Numbered from the stretch's first letter, positions 40,357-51,123 are shown. The stretch: 64,000 bases of DNA from an uncultured Chitinophagales bacterium (GCA_964472755.1 CAYYMF010000004.1:3120-67119); one strand, 5' to 3'. Translations and numbers: made by a program. Notes: a model not told the origin generated them from the sequence alone.

Positions 40357-41331
40357 TTGAAAAAAGTATTGCAAAATAAGTATATTAATTTTCTAATTAA
40401 ATTAGGTGTTCTAATATTCCTTTTTGTTATTCTTTATAAGCAATTAATTTTAAATCAGAGTTTTAAGGAAGCTATAAAACATTTTAAAGTATCTACTGAT
40501 GGAAATGTATATTTAATATTTTTGGTTTTTATTTTAATGATTATAAATTGGAGTATTGAAACTGTAAAATGGAAGTTTTTGATAGATAAAATTCATTTTA
40601 TTTCTTGGCTAGATGCTTTAGAAGGGATATTATTTGGGATTACATTCTCTATGTTTACACCCAGTCGAGTAGGAGAATTTGGTGGTCGAGTTTTTGCTCT
40701 AAATTCAGATAGAATACAAGCTATTGTTTCAACCATTTTAGGAAGTGCTACTCAATTAGTTGCGAATATCTCGTTGGGTGCAATAGGCTTTCTTTCTTAT
40801 CTTATAGTTATTGAGCAATCAGGAAAATATACATTAAGCATTATCTTATTTTTAGTAGTACTGCTTATTTTATTATTGCACATTTGTCTTTTTAATTTGG
40901 ATATAATTGCAACAAAATTTCCTAAAATAAAGCAATTGGAAAATATTAGAAAGTATATTGATATTATAAGTCTTTATTCTAATATTGATTTACTAAGAGT
41001 AGAATTGCTTTCTGTTGTTCGATATATTATTTATAATATTCAATTTATATTGTTGTTGTATTATTTTAAAATAGAAATTTCATTTCCTAATGCAATAATT
41101 ATATCGATGACTATTTTTCTATTTCAAACGATAAATCCGTTAAATATTGCATTAATAGATTTTGGTTTTAGAGGAAATGTTGCCTTGTTTTTCTTGATGC
41201 CGTTTACGGATAATAGTCTAAATATTTTGGCGGCAACTATTTTCTTATGGTTTGTAAATCTGGTAATTCCTGCTATATTTGGAGGAATTTCAGCATTGAG
41301 GTTTAAATTTGTTTCAGAAGAACAACAGTAA
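40357..41331 (+). CDS. Lysylphosphatidylglycerol-synthase-like TM domain protein (flippase-like)
   Basis: Multi-TM; NWSIETVKW, TPSRVGEFGGR motifs. Confidence 0.75.
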   Translation: MKKVLQNKYINFLIKLGVLIFLFVILYKQLILNQSFKEAIKHFKVSTDGNVYLIFLVFILMIINWSIETVKWKFLIDKIHFISWLDALEGILFGITFSMFTPSRVGEFGGRVFALNSDRIQAIVSTILGSATQLVANISLGAIGFLSYLIVIEQSGKYTLSIILFLVVLLILLLHICLFNLDIIATKFPKIKQLENIRKYIDIISLYSNIDLLRVELLSVVRYIIYNIQFILLLYYFKIEISFPNAIIISMTIFLFQTINPLNIALIDFGFRGNVALFFLMPFTDNSLNILAATIFLWFVNLVIPAIFGGISALRFKFVSEEQQ

Positions 41332-41341
41332 AAATAAATAT

Positions 41342-42886
41342 ATGAGTATAGATGTAATGGTAATTTTAATTGGTTCTATTTTCTGTGGACTGATGATTTT
41401 GTTTACCTATTTGACCAATAGAGCTATTCAACCTAAACAACTTTTTCTACTTTTCTTTACAGAAATGTGGGAACGTTTTTCCTTTTATGGTATGCGTGCT
41501 TTATTGATTTTATATATGACAAATGTGTTGTTGTACAAAGATAAAGATAGCAATTTAATGTACGGTGCTTATAATGCTTTGGTTTACATCACACCATTAT
41601 TTGGCGGAATATTGGCAGATAGAATTTTAGGCTTTAAAAAATCTATCATATTTGGTGGTGTTATGATGGCTATCGGTCATTTAGTTTTAGCAATTCCGAT
41701 GAATCAAACTTTCTTTCTTGGTCTAGGATTTTTAATAGTAGGAAACGGATTTTTTAAACCTAATATATCTAGTTTTTTAGGAAAATTTTATGAAGAAAAT
41801 GACAAAAGGAGAGATGCAGGTTACGCTATTTTTTACATGGGTATTAATGTCGGTGGATTTTTAGGAAGTGCTATTTGTGGCTATCTGGGACAGAAAGTTA
41901 GCTGGCATCTTGGTTTTGGAATTGCTGGTGTATTTATGATAATTGGATTAATTACATTTTTGCTAAATAGAGATAAATTAGAAGGGAAAGGTGGTGTAAG
42001 TGATGCCGAATTTTTGAGTACAAAATCGCTAATTGGAATTGATTGGGAGAAAACAATTTATTTAGGGTCAGTTTTGTTTGTGTTTGTTGCGATTTTAATG
42101 ATTGTGTTTAATGATATTACTCAAATATTTTTTGCCATTATCGGATTAATTACCATCGCCTATATTTTATTTGTGGCTTCTAAAGAAGAAATGAAACCTA
42201 AGCAAATGCTCTGGGTTGCTTTGGTAATGATTATTTTTTCATCACTTTTTTGGGCATTTTATGAACAAGCTGGTGGCGCTTTGAACTTAATGGCAGAACG
42301 AAATGTAGATATGAAAGTTGGAAATACAGAATTGTCTTCGGCTATGGTCAATAATTCGATAAATCCGTTTTATATTATTTTCCTTACACCTATTTTTGCT
42401 TTTATGTGGAATTGGTTAGATAAACGAAATTTAAAACCTAATGACCCACTCAAATTTGGATTTGCGTTTGTATTCTTAGCAATTGGTTATTATGCTTTTG
42501 TTTATGGTGGCAATAAAGGCATCGATACAGGCTATATGCCATTAATTTATTTTTTATTGGGCTATTTTTTTATTACAGTAGGCGAGCTTTTCCTTTCTCC
42601 AATTGGTTTATCGATGATAACCAAACTTTCTCCTCCAAAAATTATTGGATTTATGATGGGTACTTGGTTTTTAGCAAGTGCATTTGGACACGAATTGGCA
42701 GGTTGGATAGGTTCTAAAATGGCTATTCCTGAAGCTAATTCTGATGGTTCAGTTTTTACTGCAATTCAATCATTACCTATTTATTTAGCAGGATGTAATC
42801 AAATTGCATTAGTTTCAATTGTAGCTTCGGTTTTTATTATGATAAGTTCTTTGATTGTAAAAAAATGGATGCATGGTGTTAAATAA
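41342..42886 (+). CDS. POT/PTR family oligopeptide:H+ symporter (start probably ATG 41342)
   Basis: EMWERFSFYGMR, GNGFFKPN, FYMGINVG, FWAFYEQAG, ELFLSPIGLS. Confidence 0.94.
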   Translation: MSIDVMVILIGSIFCGLMILFTYLTNRAIQPKQLFLLFFTEMWERFSFYGMRALLILYMTNVLLYKDKDSNLMYGAYNALVYITPLFGGILADRILGFKKSIIFGGVMMAIGHLVLAIPMNQTFFLGLGFLIVGNGFFKPNISSFLGKFYEENDKRRDAGYAIFYMGINVGGFLGSAICGYLGQKVSWHLGFGIAGVFMIIGLITFLLNRDKLEGKGGVSDAEFLSTKSLIGIDWEKTIYLGSVLFVFVAILMIVFNDITQIFFAIIGLITIAYILFVASKEEMKPKQMLWVALVMIIFSSLFWAFYEQAGGALNLMAERNVDMKVGNTELSSAMVNNSINPFYIIFLTPIFAFMWNWLDKRNLKPNDPLKFGFAFVFLAIGYYAFVYGGNKGIDTGYMPLIYFLLGYFFITVGELFLSPIGLSMITKLSPPKIIGFMMGTWFLASAFGHELAGWIGSKMAIPEANSDGSVFTAIQSLPIYLAGCNQIALVSIVASVFIMISSLIVKKWMHGVK

Positions 42887-42933
42887 CAAATAAAAGTCAT
42901 TTTAGTTCTTGATTTTATGTAATTTTACTAAAG

Positions 42934-42949
42934 TTGGCACTTTATTTGT
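42934..42949 (+). promoter_or_regulatory. Candidate sigma-54 (-24/-12) promoter
   Basis: TTGGCAC-TTTAT-TTGT vs consensus TGGCAC-N5-TTGC, 27 nt before ATG 42977. Confidence 0.5.
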
Positions 42950-42976
42950 TGCTAATTTGTTGAAATAGATGAGTTA

Positions 42977-43348
42977 ATGAGAGTAGTTGTTCATATATTT
43001 ATATTAATTGCAGTGGTAACATTTTTTGTTATCTATAATTTTTCTGGAGCGAATAAGCATAAAGCTAATGGCGATATTGTGATTGTAGGAAATGATACTT
43101 TGGGTAGAAATTGGGATAATTTACCAAGTGCAAAGGAAATTGAAGCAGCCAAATTTAAAGAGCAAGTTAGCAATAGTTCTATGAATTTTAATTTTGAAAA
43201 CCAACAAGAAAGAACTCAAAAAGGAGATTCAAAAACTTTTGAGTCTATAGGCTTTAGCAACCGTATCAGTGAAAGCCAAAATAACAGAGAAACTATTATT
43301 TCTGACAATGGTGCTGAAATCGTAGTAGGCACTTATGAAAATTACTAA
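42977..43348 (+). CDS. Hypothetical protein, N-terminal membrane anchor
   Basis: 123 aa ORF with hydrophobic N-terminus filling the intergenic gap; no motif recognised. Confidence 0.6.
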   Translation: MRVVVHIFILIAVVTFFVIYNFSGANKHKANGDIVIVGNDTLGRNWDNLPSAKEIEAAKFKEQVSNSSMNFNFENQQERTQKGDSKTFESIGFSNRISESQNNRETIISDNGAEIVVGTYENY

Positions 43349-43424
43349 ACTTCACTAAATTAATATTGATTTTCAAATGAGTTTTTGTCGATTTATTTAT
43401 ACTTTTGCATTTTTAAAATAGAAG

Positions 43425-44657
43425 ATGGAAATTGTAAATAATGAATATCAGATAAGTGGTGTATCAGTTTTAGAGGTTTGTAAAGAATTTGGAACACCTT
43501 TATATGTTTATGATGCAAGTGTCATAGAAAGGAATTACAATCGTTTAATAAACGCTTTCAAAACAACGAATGTTGAAATTCATTATGCTTGTAAAGCATT
43601 AACCAATATCAATATTTTAAAATTAATGAAAAAGATTGGTGCTAACTTGGATACGGTTTCTATACAAGAAGTACAAATTGGATTGAAGGCAGGATTTGCA
43701 CCTCAGGAAATAATGTACACACCGAATTGTGTTGGAATGGAGGAGATTTCTAAAGCAGTTAGTTTAGGCGTAAAAATAAATATTGATAATATTTCTATTT
43801 TAGAGCAATTTGGGAATAAATATGGTGATACTTATCCCATTTGTATTCGTATCAATCCACATATTATGGCTGGTGGAAATACTAAAATTTCTACAGGTCA
43901 TATTGATTCAAAATTTGGAATTTCTGTCTATCAATTAAGACATATTGAACGTGTAGTAAAATCTACCAATTTAAAAGTAGAAGGCTTACACATGCATACG
44001 GGTTCTGATATTTTAGATGTAGATGTATTTTTGAATGGAGCTGAATTGTTATTTGATGCAGCCAAGCATTTTAAAGACTTAGAATTTTTAGATTTAGGAA
44101 GTGGATTTAAAGTAAAATATAGCAAAGACGATTATTCTACCAATATTGAAGAATTAGGAGAAAAAATCAGCGAGCGTTTTAATACATTTTGTGCTGCTTA
44201 TGGAAAAGATTTGAAATTAATTTTTGAACCTGGAAAATTCTTAGTTTCAGAATCTGGCTTTTTATTTGTAAATGTAAATGTTATTAAACAAACCATGTCC
44301 ACCGTATTTGCTGGCGTAGATTCTGGTCAAAACCACCTTATCAGACCAATGTTTTACGATGCTTACCACCACATTACTAATGTCTCTAATGCTGAAGGAA
44401 AGAATAGAATATATACAGTTGTTGGTTATATTTGCGAAACGGATACTTTTGGTTGGGATAGAAAACTAAATGAGGTTCGAGAAGGCGATATTTTATGCTT
44501 GCACAATGCTGGTGCTTACGGTTTCTCTATGTCATCAAATTATAATTCAAGATACCGTCCAGCGGAAGTTTTAATTAAAGATGGTAAAGCTATTTTAATT
44601 AGAAGAAGAGAAAATTTAGAAGACATTTTAGCCTCACAAATTGACGCTGAAATATAA
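43425..44657 (+). CDS. lysA: Diaminopimelate decarboxylase
   Basis: GTPLYVYD, YACKAL (PLP Lys), HMHTGS, EPGKF, GYICETD, GAYG. Confidence 0.96.
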   Translation: MEIVNNEYQISGVSVLEVCKEFGTPLYVYDASVIERNYNRLINAFKTTNVEIHYACKALTNINILKLMKKIGANLDTVSIQEVQIGLKAGFAPQEIMYTPNCVGMEEISKAVSLGVKINIDNISILEQFGNKYGDTYPICIRINPHIMAGGNTKISTGHIDSKFGISVYQLRHIERVVKSTNLKVEGLHMHTGSDILDVDVFLNGAELLFDAAKHFKDLEFLDLGSGFKVKYSKDDYSTNIEELGEKISERFNTFCAAYGKDLKLIFEPGKFLVSESGFLFVNVNVIKQTMSTVFAGVDSGQNHLIRPMFYDAYHHITNVSNAEGKNRIYTVVGYICETDTFGWDRKLNEVREGDILCLHNAGAYGFSMSSNYNSRYRPAEVLIKDGKAILIRRRENLEDILASQIDAEI

Positions 44658-44722
44658 CACATTTTAACCACTTATTTGATGTATAATATATAAATTTGGT
44701 CAATCAATGAACTTAATTTATT

Positions 44723-45484
44723 ATGGAAAACAATCAAAATTTACTTAAAGCTTTAATTATTGCAATTGCTATAATTTTATCCGCTTTCATCTTTAAGAGT
44801 GCAGTTAAAAATAGAAATGCAAATGAAGATACTATCTCCGTTACAGGCTTAGGAACAGTAGATTTTATTTCTGATGAAATTAATTGGTCAGGAAGCTTTG
44901 ATGTTGTTGCTCCAGATGCAAAAACAGCTTATAATACAATAGTTGCCGATAGAAAAAAGGTTAGAGATTTCTTTATATCAAAAGGCTTTAAAGACAACGA
45001 ATTTGTTTTTGGAGGTGCTGAAGTCAATAAAAAATATAGAGATGTATCTTATGAAACAAGTAATGGCGGTGTGCGTTATGAATCGGTTTTTGATGGTTAT
45101 TTAGCTACACAAACGATTTCATTTTATAGTAAGAAAAATGATGCTTTAATGTCAAAAATTGAGAAAGTAAAACAAGAAACGGCTGAGTTGATTAATCTAG
45201 GTATTGAATTTACTTCTAATGAAACACAATATACTTATTCTGATTTACCAAGTTTGAAACATAATTTAATAGAAAGTGCTACAAAAGATGCAAGAGAAAG
45301 AGCCGAAAAAATAGTTAAAAATGGCAATGGAAGTTTGGATAAATTAAAAAGTGCAAGTATGGGTGTTTTTCAAATTACAGGCAGAGATTCAAATGAAGAT
45401 TATAGTTATGGTGGCATAAATGATACTTATAGCAAAGAAAAATCAGCACGAATTACAGTTCGTTTGACCTATATCTTAGATTAA
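44723..45484 (+). CDS. SIMPL domain protein
   Basis: ISVTGLG, ATKDARERA, LKSASMGVFQITG, YSYGGIND. Confidence 0.85.
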   Translation: MENNQNLLKALIIAIAIILSAFIFKSAVKNRNANEDTISVTGLGTVDFISDEINWSGSFDVVAPDAKTAYNTIVADRKKVRDFFISKGFKDNEFVFGGAEVNKKYRDVSYETSNGGVRYESVFDGYLATQTISFYSKKNDALMSKIEKVKQETAELINLGIEFTSNETQYTYSDLPSLKHNLIESATKDARERAEKIVKNGNGSLDKLKSASMGVFQITGRDSNEDYSYGGINDTYSKEKSARITVRLTYILD

Positions 45485-45532
45485 TTTTAAGATCTTTCTG
45501 TTTATATTTGCAAATTAATTATTTGCAGTTCA

Positions 45533-46018
45533 ATGTTATTACCTTATCATAAAATACCTGATGATGCGAAAGTCTGGATTTATCAAGCAGACAGACCAAT
45601 TGAGCTAGATGAATTAAATTTTATTAATGATTTTATAGAAGCATTTGTTGACCAATGGCAATCAGAAAATCAAGATGTTTTGGGCTATGCAGCTGTCTAT
45701 TATCGCAGATTTATTGTTCTTATGGCTGATGCAAATACAATTGATGAAGAAGCTATAGAAGAAATTATTGATATAGTAAAATTTATAGAAGATGAAATAG
45801 GAATAGATTTCTTTCAAAGCAAAGCCATATGTTATAAAATAGGGTTACAAGATATTGATTCTTTTTATTTGGAAGATATTAAAAGACTTATCGATAATGG
45901 AACACTTTCCAAAGAAACACTTTTTTTTGATATTCAAATAGATAAAAAATCAGATTTTGATAAAAATTGGGGAAAATTAAGAGCTATAGATTCTGTTTTT
46001 TCTAAATATTTTAGGTAG
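45533..46018 (+). CDS. Conserved Bacteroidota hypothetical protein
   Basis: MLLPY..IP..AKVWIYQADR pattern; own TATATTTG promoter at 45503-45510. Confidence 0.65.
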   Translation: MLLPYHKIPDDAKVWIYQADRPIELDELNFINDFIEAFVDQWQSENQDVLGYAAVYYRRFIVLMADANTIDEEAIEEIIDIVKFIEDEIGIDFFQSKAICYKIGLQDIDSFYLEDIKRLIDNGTLSKETLFFDIQIDKKSDFDKNWGKLRAIDSVFSKYFR

Positions 46019-46063
46019 AATACTACAAATACACTATCTTTAGTTTTTGTAAATTTATTTTTT

Positions 46064-46660
46064 ATGAAAGCCTTATTCTACATATTATTTATTTTCCTAT
46101 TGTCGGGATGTGCGGCAACATACAAAACGTTTACTGTAGAACAATTTCCTTACAAAGAATTACAAACAGAAAACCCTAAAATTGCTTATGCTACAAGACA
46201 AGGTGTGATGTTTAATACGAACAATTTTAAGTATGCAAAACGAGAACAAAAACAAGCATATAACCTAATTGCATTTAAAATTGTAAATAAAAGTACCGAA
46301 CCTATTAATGTTAGTGATTTTAAATATTCTTGTGGTGGTGCAACTGTAATTACACCAATTTCTATGGATACTTATATTAAAGAAAATAAGCAAAAAGCTG
46401 GTTTGTATTGGTTATATTTAGGTTTAGTATCTCCCAATCCGTTTATGGGAAAGAATGGTTTAGGAAAAGTAATTCCTGTTGGTGCTGCACCTGCAATTAT
46501 CAATTTTGCACTAGCACATAAAGCCAATAAAAAAATGAATAAAAATATTGGAGCTTATGATATGACGAATAAAGTCATACAACCAAATGATACAATTTAT
46601 GGTATTCTTCCATTCAAAGGCTCATCAAATTGCGGAGAAATATACATCACAATGCCTTAA
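46064..46660 (+). CDS. Hypothetical lipoprotein
   Basis: Lipobox LLSGC after hydrophobic signal. Confidence 0.65.
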   Translation: MKALFYILFIFLLSGCAATYKTFTVEQFPYKELQTENPKIAYATRQGVMFNTNNFKYAKREQKQAYNLIAFKIVNKSTEPINVSDFKYSCGGATVITPISMDTYIKENKQKAGLYWLYLGLVSPNPFMGKNGLGKVIPVGAAPAIINFALAHKANKKMNKNIGAYDMTNKVIQPNDTIYGILPFKGSSNCGEIYITMP

Positions 46661-46665
46661 TGTAA

Positions 46666-47355
46666 ATGCTTAAACGCTTTTATTCCAACACACTTCCATT
46701 AATTCTTGATGCTGATTCAAGACATGCAGCAAAAACACTTCGTTGTAAAGAAGGGGATAAAATTGAAGTGATTGATGGACAAGGAAAATTATTTGAAGCA
46801 ATTATTGCTCATATTGGAAGAAATGAAATTCAACTGAATGATATTAAATTAATTCAAGAAGTTACGAATGTACAACTGCTTTCGATAGCAATAGCACCAA
46901 CTAAAAATCCTTCAAGATTAGAATGGTTTGTTGAAAAAGCTACTGAATTAGGTATCAAAAATATTTATCCAATTCAAACGAAAAGGACAGAGAAATCAAG
47001 TGTCAAGGAAGAGCGATTGAATAATATTATTATTTCTGCCATTAAACAAAGTAAGCAATTATATTTACCAACCTTATTTCCGCTTCAATCTTTTGAGGAA
47101 GTTATCCGTCAAACACAATCTATATCTCAAAAATTTATAGCATATTGTGCGGATAATCCAGTACGATTGCAAAATATTTTTCAAAACGATAAAGAAGTCA
47201 TCGTTTTTATTGGGCCAGAAGGCGATTTTACTTCTGATGAAGTTGAATTGGCTCAAAAAAATGATTTTGTAGCCATTAGTTTGGGTAATTCAATACTCAG
47301 AACAGAAACTGCTGGGATATATATATCAGCATTGATTCGTTCTCTTCAAGGTTAA
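46666..47355 (+). CDS. rsmE: 16S rRNA m3U1498 methyltransferase RsmE
   Basis: HAAKTLR, EKATELG, IGPEGDF, SLGNSILRTETA. Confidence 0.95.
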   Translation: MLKRFYSNTLPLILDADSRHAAKTLRCKEGDKIEVIDGQGKLFEAIIAHIGRNEIQLNDIKLIQEVTNVQLLSIAIAPTKNPSRLEWFVEKATELGIKNIYPIQTKRTEKSSVKEERLNNIIISAIKQSKQLYLPTLFPLQSFEEVIRQTQSISQKFIAYCADNPVRLQNIFQNDKEVIVFIGPEGDFTSDEVELAQKNDFVAISLGNSILRTETAGIYISALIRSLQG

Positions 47356-47489
47356 TAAATTCTGTCGTATAAAGTTGTTAGTTGGAGGTTGAAACTGGAC
47401 TGAATTCCATTATTGAATGATTACAGAAAATCATATACTTTCAGCCATGAACGGCATTGAAAAATTATTTCAATACTAAATTATTTTAA

Positions 47490-47918
47490 TTATATCTGCT
47501 TGACCATCATTGTTAGTCGGGTAATATTTAATAAATTTTTTTTGCTTTCATCATAAATCTTTATTTCCCAAACCTGCGTTGTTTTGCCAATATGAATTGG
47601 TTTTGCAATGCCATGAACAAATCCAGAGCTTACACTTTTTAGATGGTTAGAATTGATATCTAAGCCAACTGCATATTCTTTGGTATTGTCTAAACATAAA
47701 TTTGCACCCAAACTTCCAATGGATTCAGCTAAGGCAACATGTGCACCGCCGTGCAAAATTCCAAATGGTTGTCGAGTTCTTTCATCAACTGGCATTCTTG
47801 CCTCAATAAAATTATCACCGATTTCTACATATTCCATACCTAAAGCTTCCATTAAAGTACCTTTTTTCCTTTTTTCCAAAGCATCAATTGGAACATCTGC
47901 TACTTTCCAAATTCTCAT
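47490..47918 (-). CDS. Hotdog-fold thioesterase (PaaI/MenI-like)
   Basis: MPVDERTRQPFGILHGGAHVALAES, VGLDINSNHL, GKTTQVWEI. Confidence 0.9.
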   Translation of the reverse strand: MRIWKVADVPIDALEKRKKGTLMEALGMEYVEIGDNFIEARMPVDERTRQPFGILHGGAHVALAESIGSLGANLCLDNTKEYAVGLDINSNHLKSVSSGFVHGIAKPIHIGKTTQVWEIKIYDESKKNLLNITRLTMMVKQI

Positions 47919-47992
47919 TTCGTATTGTTTTGTTCATCAAACATAATAAATTATTGCGTTCTTTTTTTTACTTTCGTTTGAAATAGTAATTT

Positions 47993-48970
47993 TTGTTTAC
48001 ATTAGATAAAATAGCAAAATATATTGATGCCAGCATCGAAGGTAATAAAGATTATCAAGTAGAGGCTATTGCAAAAATTGAAAATGCTACAGCTCAACAT
48101 ATTAGTTTCCTAACTAATGAAAAATACATCGATTATGTAAATAAAAATGAGATTGGTATCTTATTAGTTTCAGAGGCAATTTATCAAACCATAAAATCTA
48201 AGAACATTGCTACCGACCAAATTAAAGGTGGATTTCTAATTCTAGATGATGCGTATGTTGCCTTGCCGAAAGTATTAGAATTATTTGCAACTCAATCAAC
48301 GAAAAATCAAGATTATAAAATAGATACAAATTCTATTATTTATCCTAATGTCTTTATTGGTGCAAATGTTCAAATTGGTAAGGATTGTATTATTTATCCA
48401 AATGTTTCAATTTATGCAGATTGTATTGTTGGTAATCGTGTAATTATTCACTCAGGAGCAGTAATTGGTGCTGATGGCTTTGGTTTTGCACCTCAGAAAG
48501 ATGGAACCTATAAAAAAATTCCACAATTAGGAAATGTTATTATCGAAGATGATTGCGAAATCGGTGCAAATACTTGTATTGATAGAGCTACAATAGGTTC
48601 AACTATTATTCGAAAAGGGGTAAAATTAGACAATCTTATTCAAGTTGGTCATAATGTTGAAATAGGCGAACATACTGTAATTGCTGCACAAACTGGAATC
48701 GCTGGTTCAACCAAAATTGGACATCACAATATGATTGGTGGACAAGTTGGTTTTGTTGGACATATTAGCATTGCACCATATACAAAAATCAATGCTCAAA
48801 GTGGTGTAGCTCAAAGTGTAAAATCTGAAAATGAAATAATTGGAGGCTCGCCTGCCATTCCTTTGAAACAATTTTTTAAATCATCGGTAGTATTTAAACA
48901 GTTGCCAGAATTACAAAAACAGATTATTACTTTGCAAAATGAAATTCAAAAATTAAAAGAAGAAAAGTAG
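47993..48970 (+). CDS. lpxD: UDP-3-O-acylglucosamine N-acyltransferase LpxD
   Basis: [34 protein letters not shown], hexapeptide repeats; TTG start. Confidence 0.93.
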   Translation: MFTLDKIAKYIDASIEGNKDYQVEAIAKIENATAQHISFLTNEKYIDYVNKNEIGILLVSEAIYQTIKSKNIATDQIKGGFLILDDAYVALPKVLELFATQSTKNQDYKIDTNSIIYPNVFIGANVQIGKDCIIYPNVSIYADCIVGNRVIIHSGAVIGADGFGFAPQKDGTYKKIPQLGNVIIEDDCEIGANTCIDRATIGSTIIRKGVKLDNLIQVGHNVEIGEHTVIAAQTGIAGSTKIGHHNMIGGQVGFVGHISIAPYTKINAQSGVAQSVKSENEIIGGSPAIPLKQFFKSSVVFKQLPELQKQIITLQNEIQKLKEEK

Positions 48971-50317
48971 ATGTTAGAGCAAATTGCAAAATATATTCAA
49001 GATAATAATTTAGCGAATAAAGGTACTCCAATTCTAGTGGCTTGCAGTGGAGGTGTCGATTCTATGGTTTTAGTCGATATTTTCCTAAAATTAGATTTTA
49101 AAATCGCAATGGCACATTGTAATTTTCAATTGAGAGGAGAGGAAAGTGATGAGGATGAAAACTTTATTAGAACTTATGCTGAAAAAAATAATATTCCGCT
49201 GTTTGTAAATAGATTTGAAACGATAGCGTATAAAAAGAATGCTAAAATATCTACACAGATGGCTGCTCGTGATTTAAGATATGAATGGTTTGAACAAATT
49301 AGAAAAGAAAATGATTTGCATAGTATTGCGACGGCACATCATTTAGACGATCAATTAGAAACTATTTTGTTGAATTTTACAAAAGGCACAGGTGTAAATG
49401 GCTTGAGTGGTATTCGTGCTAAAAATAATTTTATCATTCGACCTTTATTACAAATATCAAAACAATCTATTTTACAATTTGCACAAGAAAATAATATTGC
49501 ATTTAGAGAAGATAGTTCCAATAGAACAGACAATTATCAACGTAATAAAATACGACATCATGTAACACCAAAATTATTAGAAATTAATACAAATTTATAC
49601 GAAAATGTATTGCAATTTTCATCAATTATGCAAGACACTCAAGCTTTGTTGGAATTACAAATGGAAACTATAAGAAAGAAATGTGTGTCTGTAAAAAATG
49701 GGAATACAATAATAAAGATTAATTATGTAAAACAACATCTTGCAAAGAAAACAGTATTGTATTATTTATTAAAAGATTTTGGATTTACAAGTAGTCATAT
49801 TGAGCAAGTTTTTGAAGCAAAAGAAAGTAGTAAGCAATTTTTTTCTGAAACTCATCGCTTAATTATAGATAGAAATGAGTGGATTGTTACTACAATAGAA
49901 AATGAAATATTATCACATTTATTGATGGATAAAATTCCAAATAATATTCAATTTAATCAATATAAAATACAATGTTCTGTTGTGCCGATTGAACATCTAA
50001 ACATTAAGGATAGCAAAAATTATGCATATATTGCTTTAGAAAAATTAGAATTTCCATTGATGCTTCGTTACTTAAAAGATGGTGATTATTTCTATCCATT
50101 TGGTATTGGAAAACCAAAAAATCCGCTTAAAGTAGGTAAGAAAAAAATAGGAAAATACTTTAGAGATGAAAAATTGAGCTTACTGGAAAAAGAACAAACG
50201 CCGATTTTGTTTTCAAAGGAACGTGCTGTTTGGTTGGTAGGACATCGTATTGATGATAGATTTAAAGTAACAGAAGCAACGAAAGAAGTTTTAAAGTTTA
50301 AAATCATAAAAGGATAG
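48971..50317 (+). CDS. tilS: tRNA(Ile)-lysidine synthetase
   Basis: ACSGGVDSM, ARDLRY, TAHHLDDQLET, IRPLL, RNKIR. Confidence 0.96.
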   Translation: MLEQIAKYIQDNNLANKGTPILVACSGGVDSMVLVDIFLKLDFKIAMAHCNFQLRGEESDEDENFIRTYAEKNNIPLFVNRFETIAYKKNAKISTQMAARDLRYEWFEQIRKENDLHSIATAHHLDDQLETILLNFTKGTGVNGLSGIRAKNNFIIRPLLQISKQSILQFAQENNIAFREDSSNRTDNYQRNKIRHHVTPKLLEINTNLYENVLQFSSIMQDTQALLELQMETIRKKCVSVKNGNTIIKINYVKQHLAKKTVLYYLLKDFGFTSSHIEQVFEAKESSKQFFSETHRLIIDRNEWIVTTIENEILSHLLMDKIPNNIQFNQYKIQCSVVPIEHLNIKDSKNYAYIALEKLEFPLMLRYLKDGDYFYPFGIGKPKNPLKVGKKKIGKYFRDEKLSLLEKEQTPILFSKERAVWLVGHRIDDRFKVTEATKEVLKFKIIKG

Positions 50318-50331
50318 TTTAAATACTACAA

Positions 50332-51123
50332 ATGATAAAAGATATTATAAAAAATAAAAGCACTCGCTTATTTATCATCTTGGGTGGTTTTTTTATTGCT
50401 AATGCACTGATTGCTGAAACAATAGGTGTGAAAATTTTCTCATTAGAAGCTACTTTTGATTTGCCGCCTGCAAATATTCCAATCTTTGGCTATCCATTTT
50501 CTTTTAATCTGACAGCAGGTGTATTGCTTTGGCCTGTTGTGTTTGTGATGACAGATATTATCAATGAATATTATGGCAAAAGAGGTGTGAAATTTTTATC
50601 GAATTTAACTGTTGGGTTGTTGGCGTACGCCTTTATAATGTATTATTTAGCTATTCAACTAGTACCAGCCGATTGGTGGATTACGAGTAAAACAATGAAT
50701 GGTGTAAATGATATGCAAGCTGGTTACCAACAAATATTGGGACAAGGTGCCGCAATTATTTTTGGTTCATTAACAGCGTTCTTATTGGGACAAGTTATTG
50801 ATGTGGGTATTTTTCATAAAATTAAACAAATGACTGGTGAAAAGTACATCTGGTTACGCTCCACAGGCTCCACAGTCGTTTCACAATTCATTGATAGTTT
50901 TGTGGTGTTGTTTATTGCCTTTTATTTTGTGCCGAAATATTTAACAGGACAACCGTGGCCTTTTAAGATGATTTTAGCTATTGGCATCGGAAATTATATC
51001 TATAAATTTATTGTTGCTATTGTACTTACGCCTGTCATTTATTTTGCTCATCATTATATTGATAATTATTTGGGCGATGAAATTGCAACTAAAATGAAAA
51101 ATGCAGCCACTCAGAATAATTAG
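50332..51123 (+). CDS. yhhQ: Queuosine precursor transporter (YhhQ/Vut_1)
   Basis: TDIINEYYG, AFLLGQVIDV, WLRSTGSTVVSQFIDS. Confidence 0.9.
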   Translation: MIKDIIKNKSTRLFIILGGFFIANALIAETIGVKIFSLEATFDLPPANIPIFGYPFSFNLTAGVLLWPVVFVMTDIINEYYGKRGVKFLSNLTVGLLAYAFIMYYLAIQLVPADWWITSKTMNGVNDMQAGYQQILGQGAAIIFGSLTAFLLGQVIDVGIFHKIKQMTGEKYIWLRSTGSTVVSQFIDSFVVLFIAFYFVPKYLTGQPWPFKMILAIGIGNYIYKFIVAIVLTPVIYFAHHYIDNYLGDEIATKMKNAATQNN

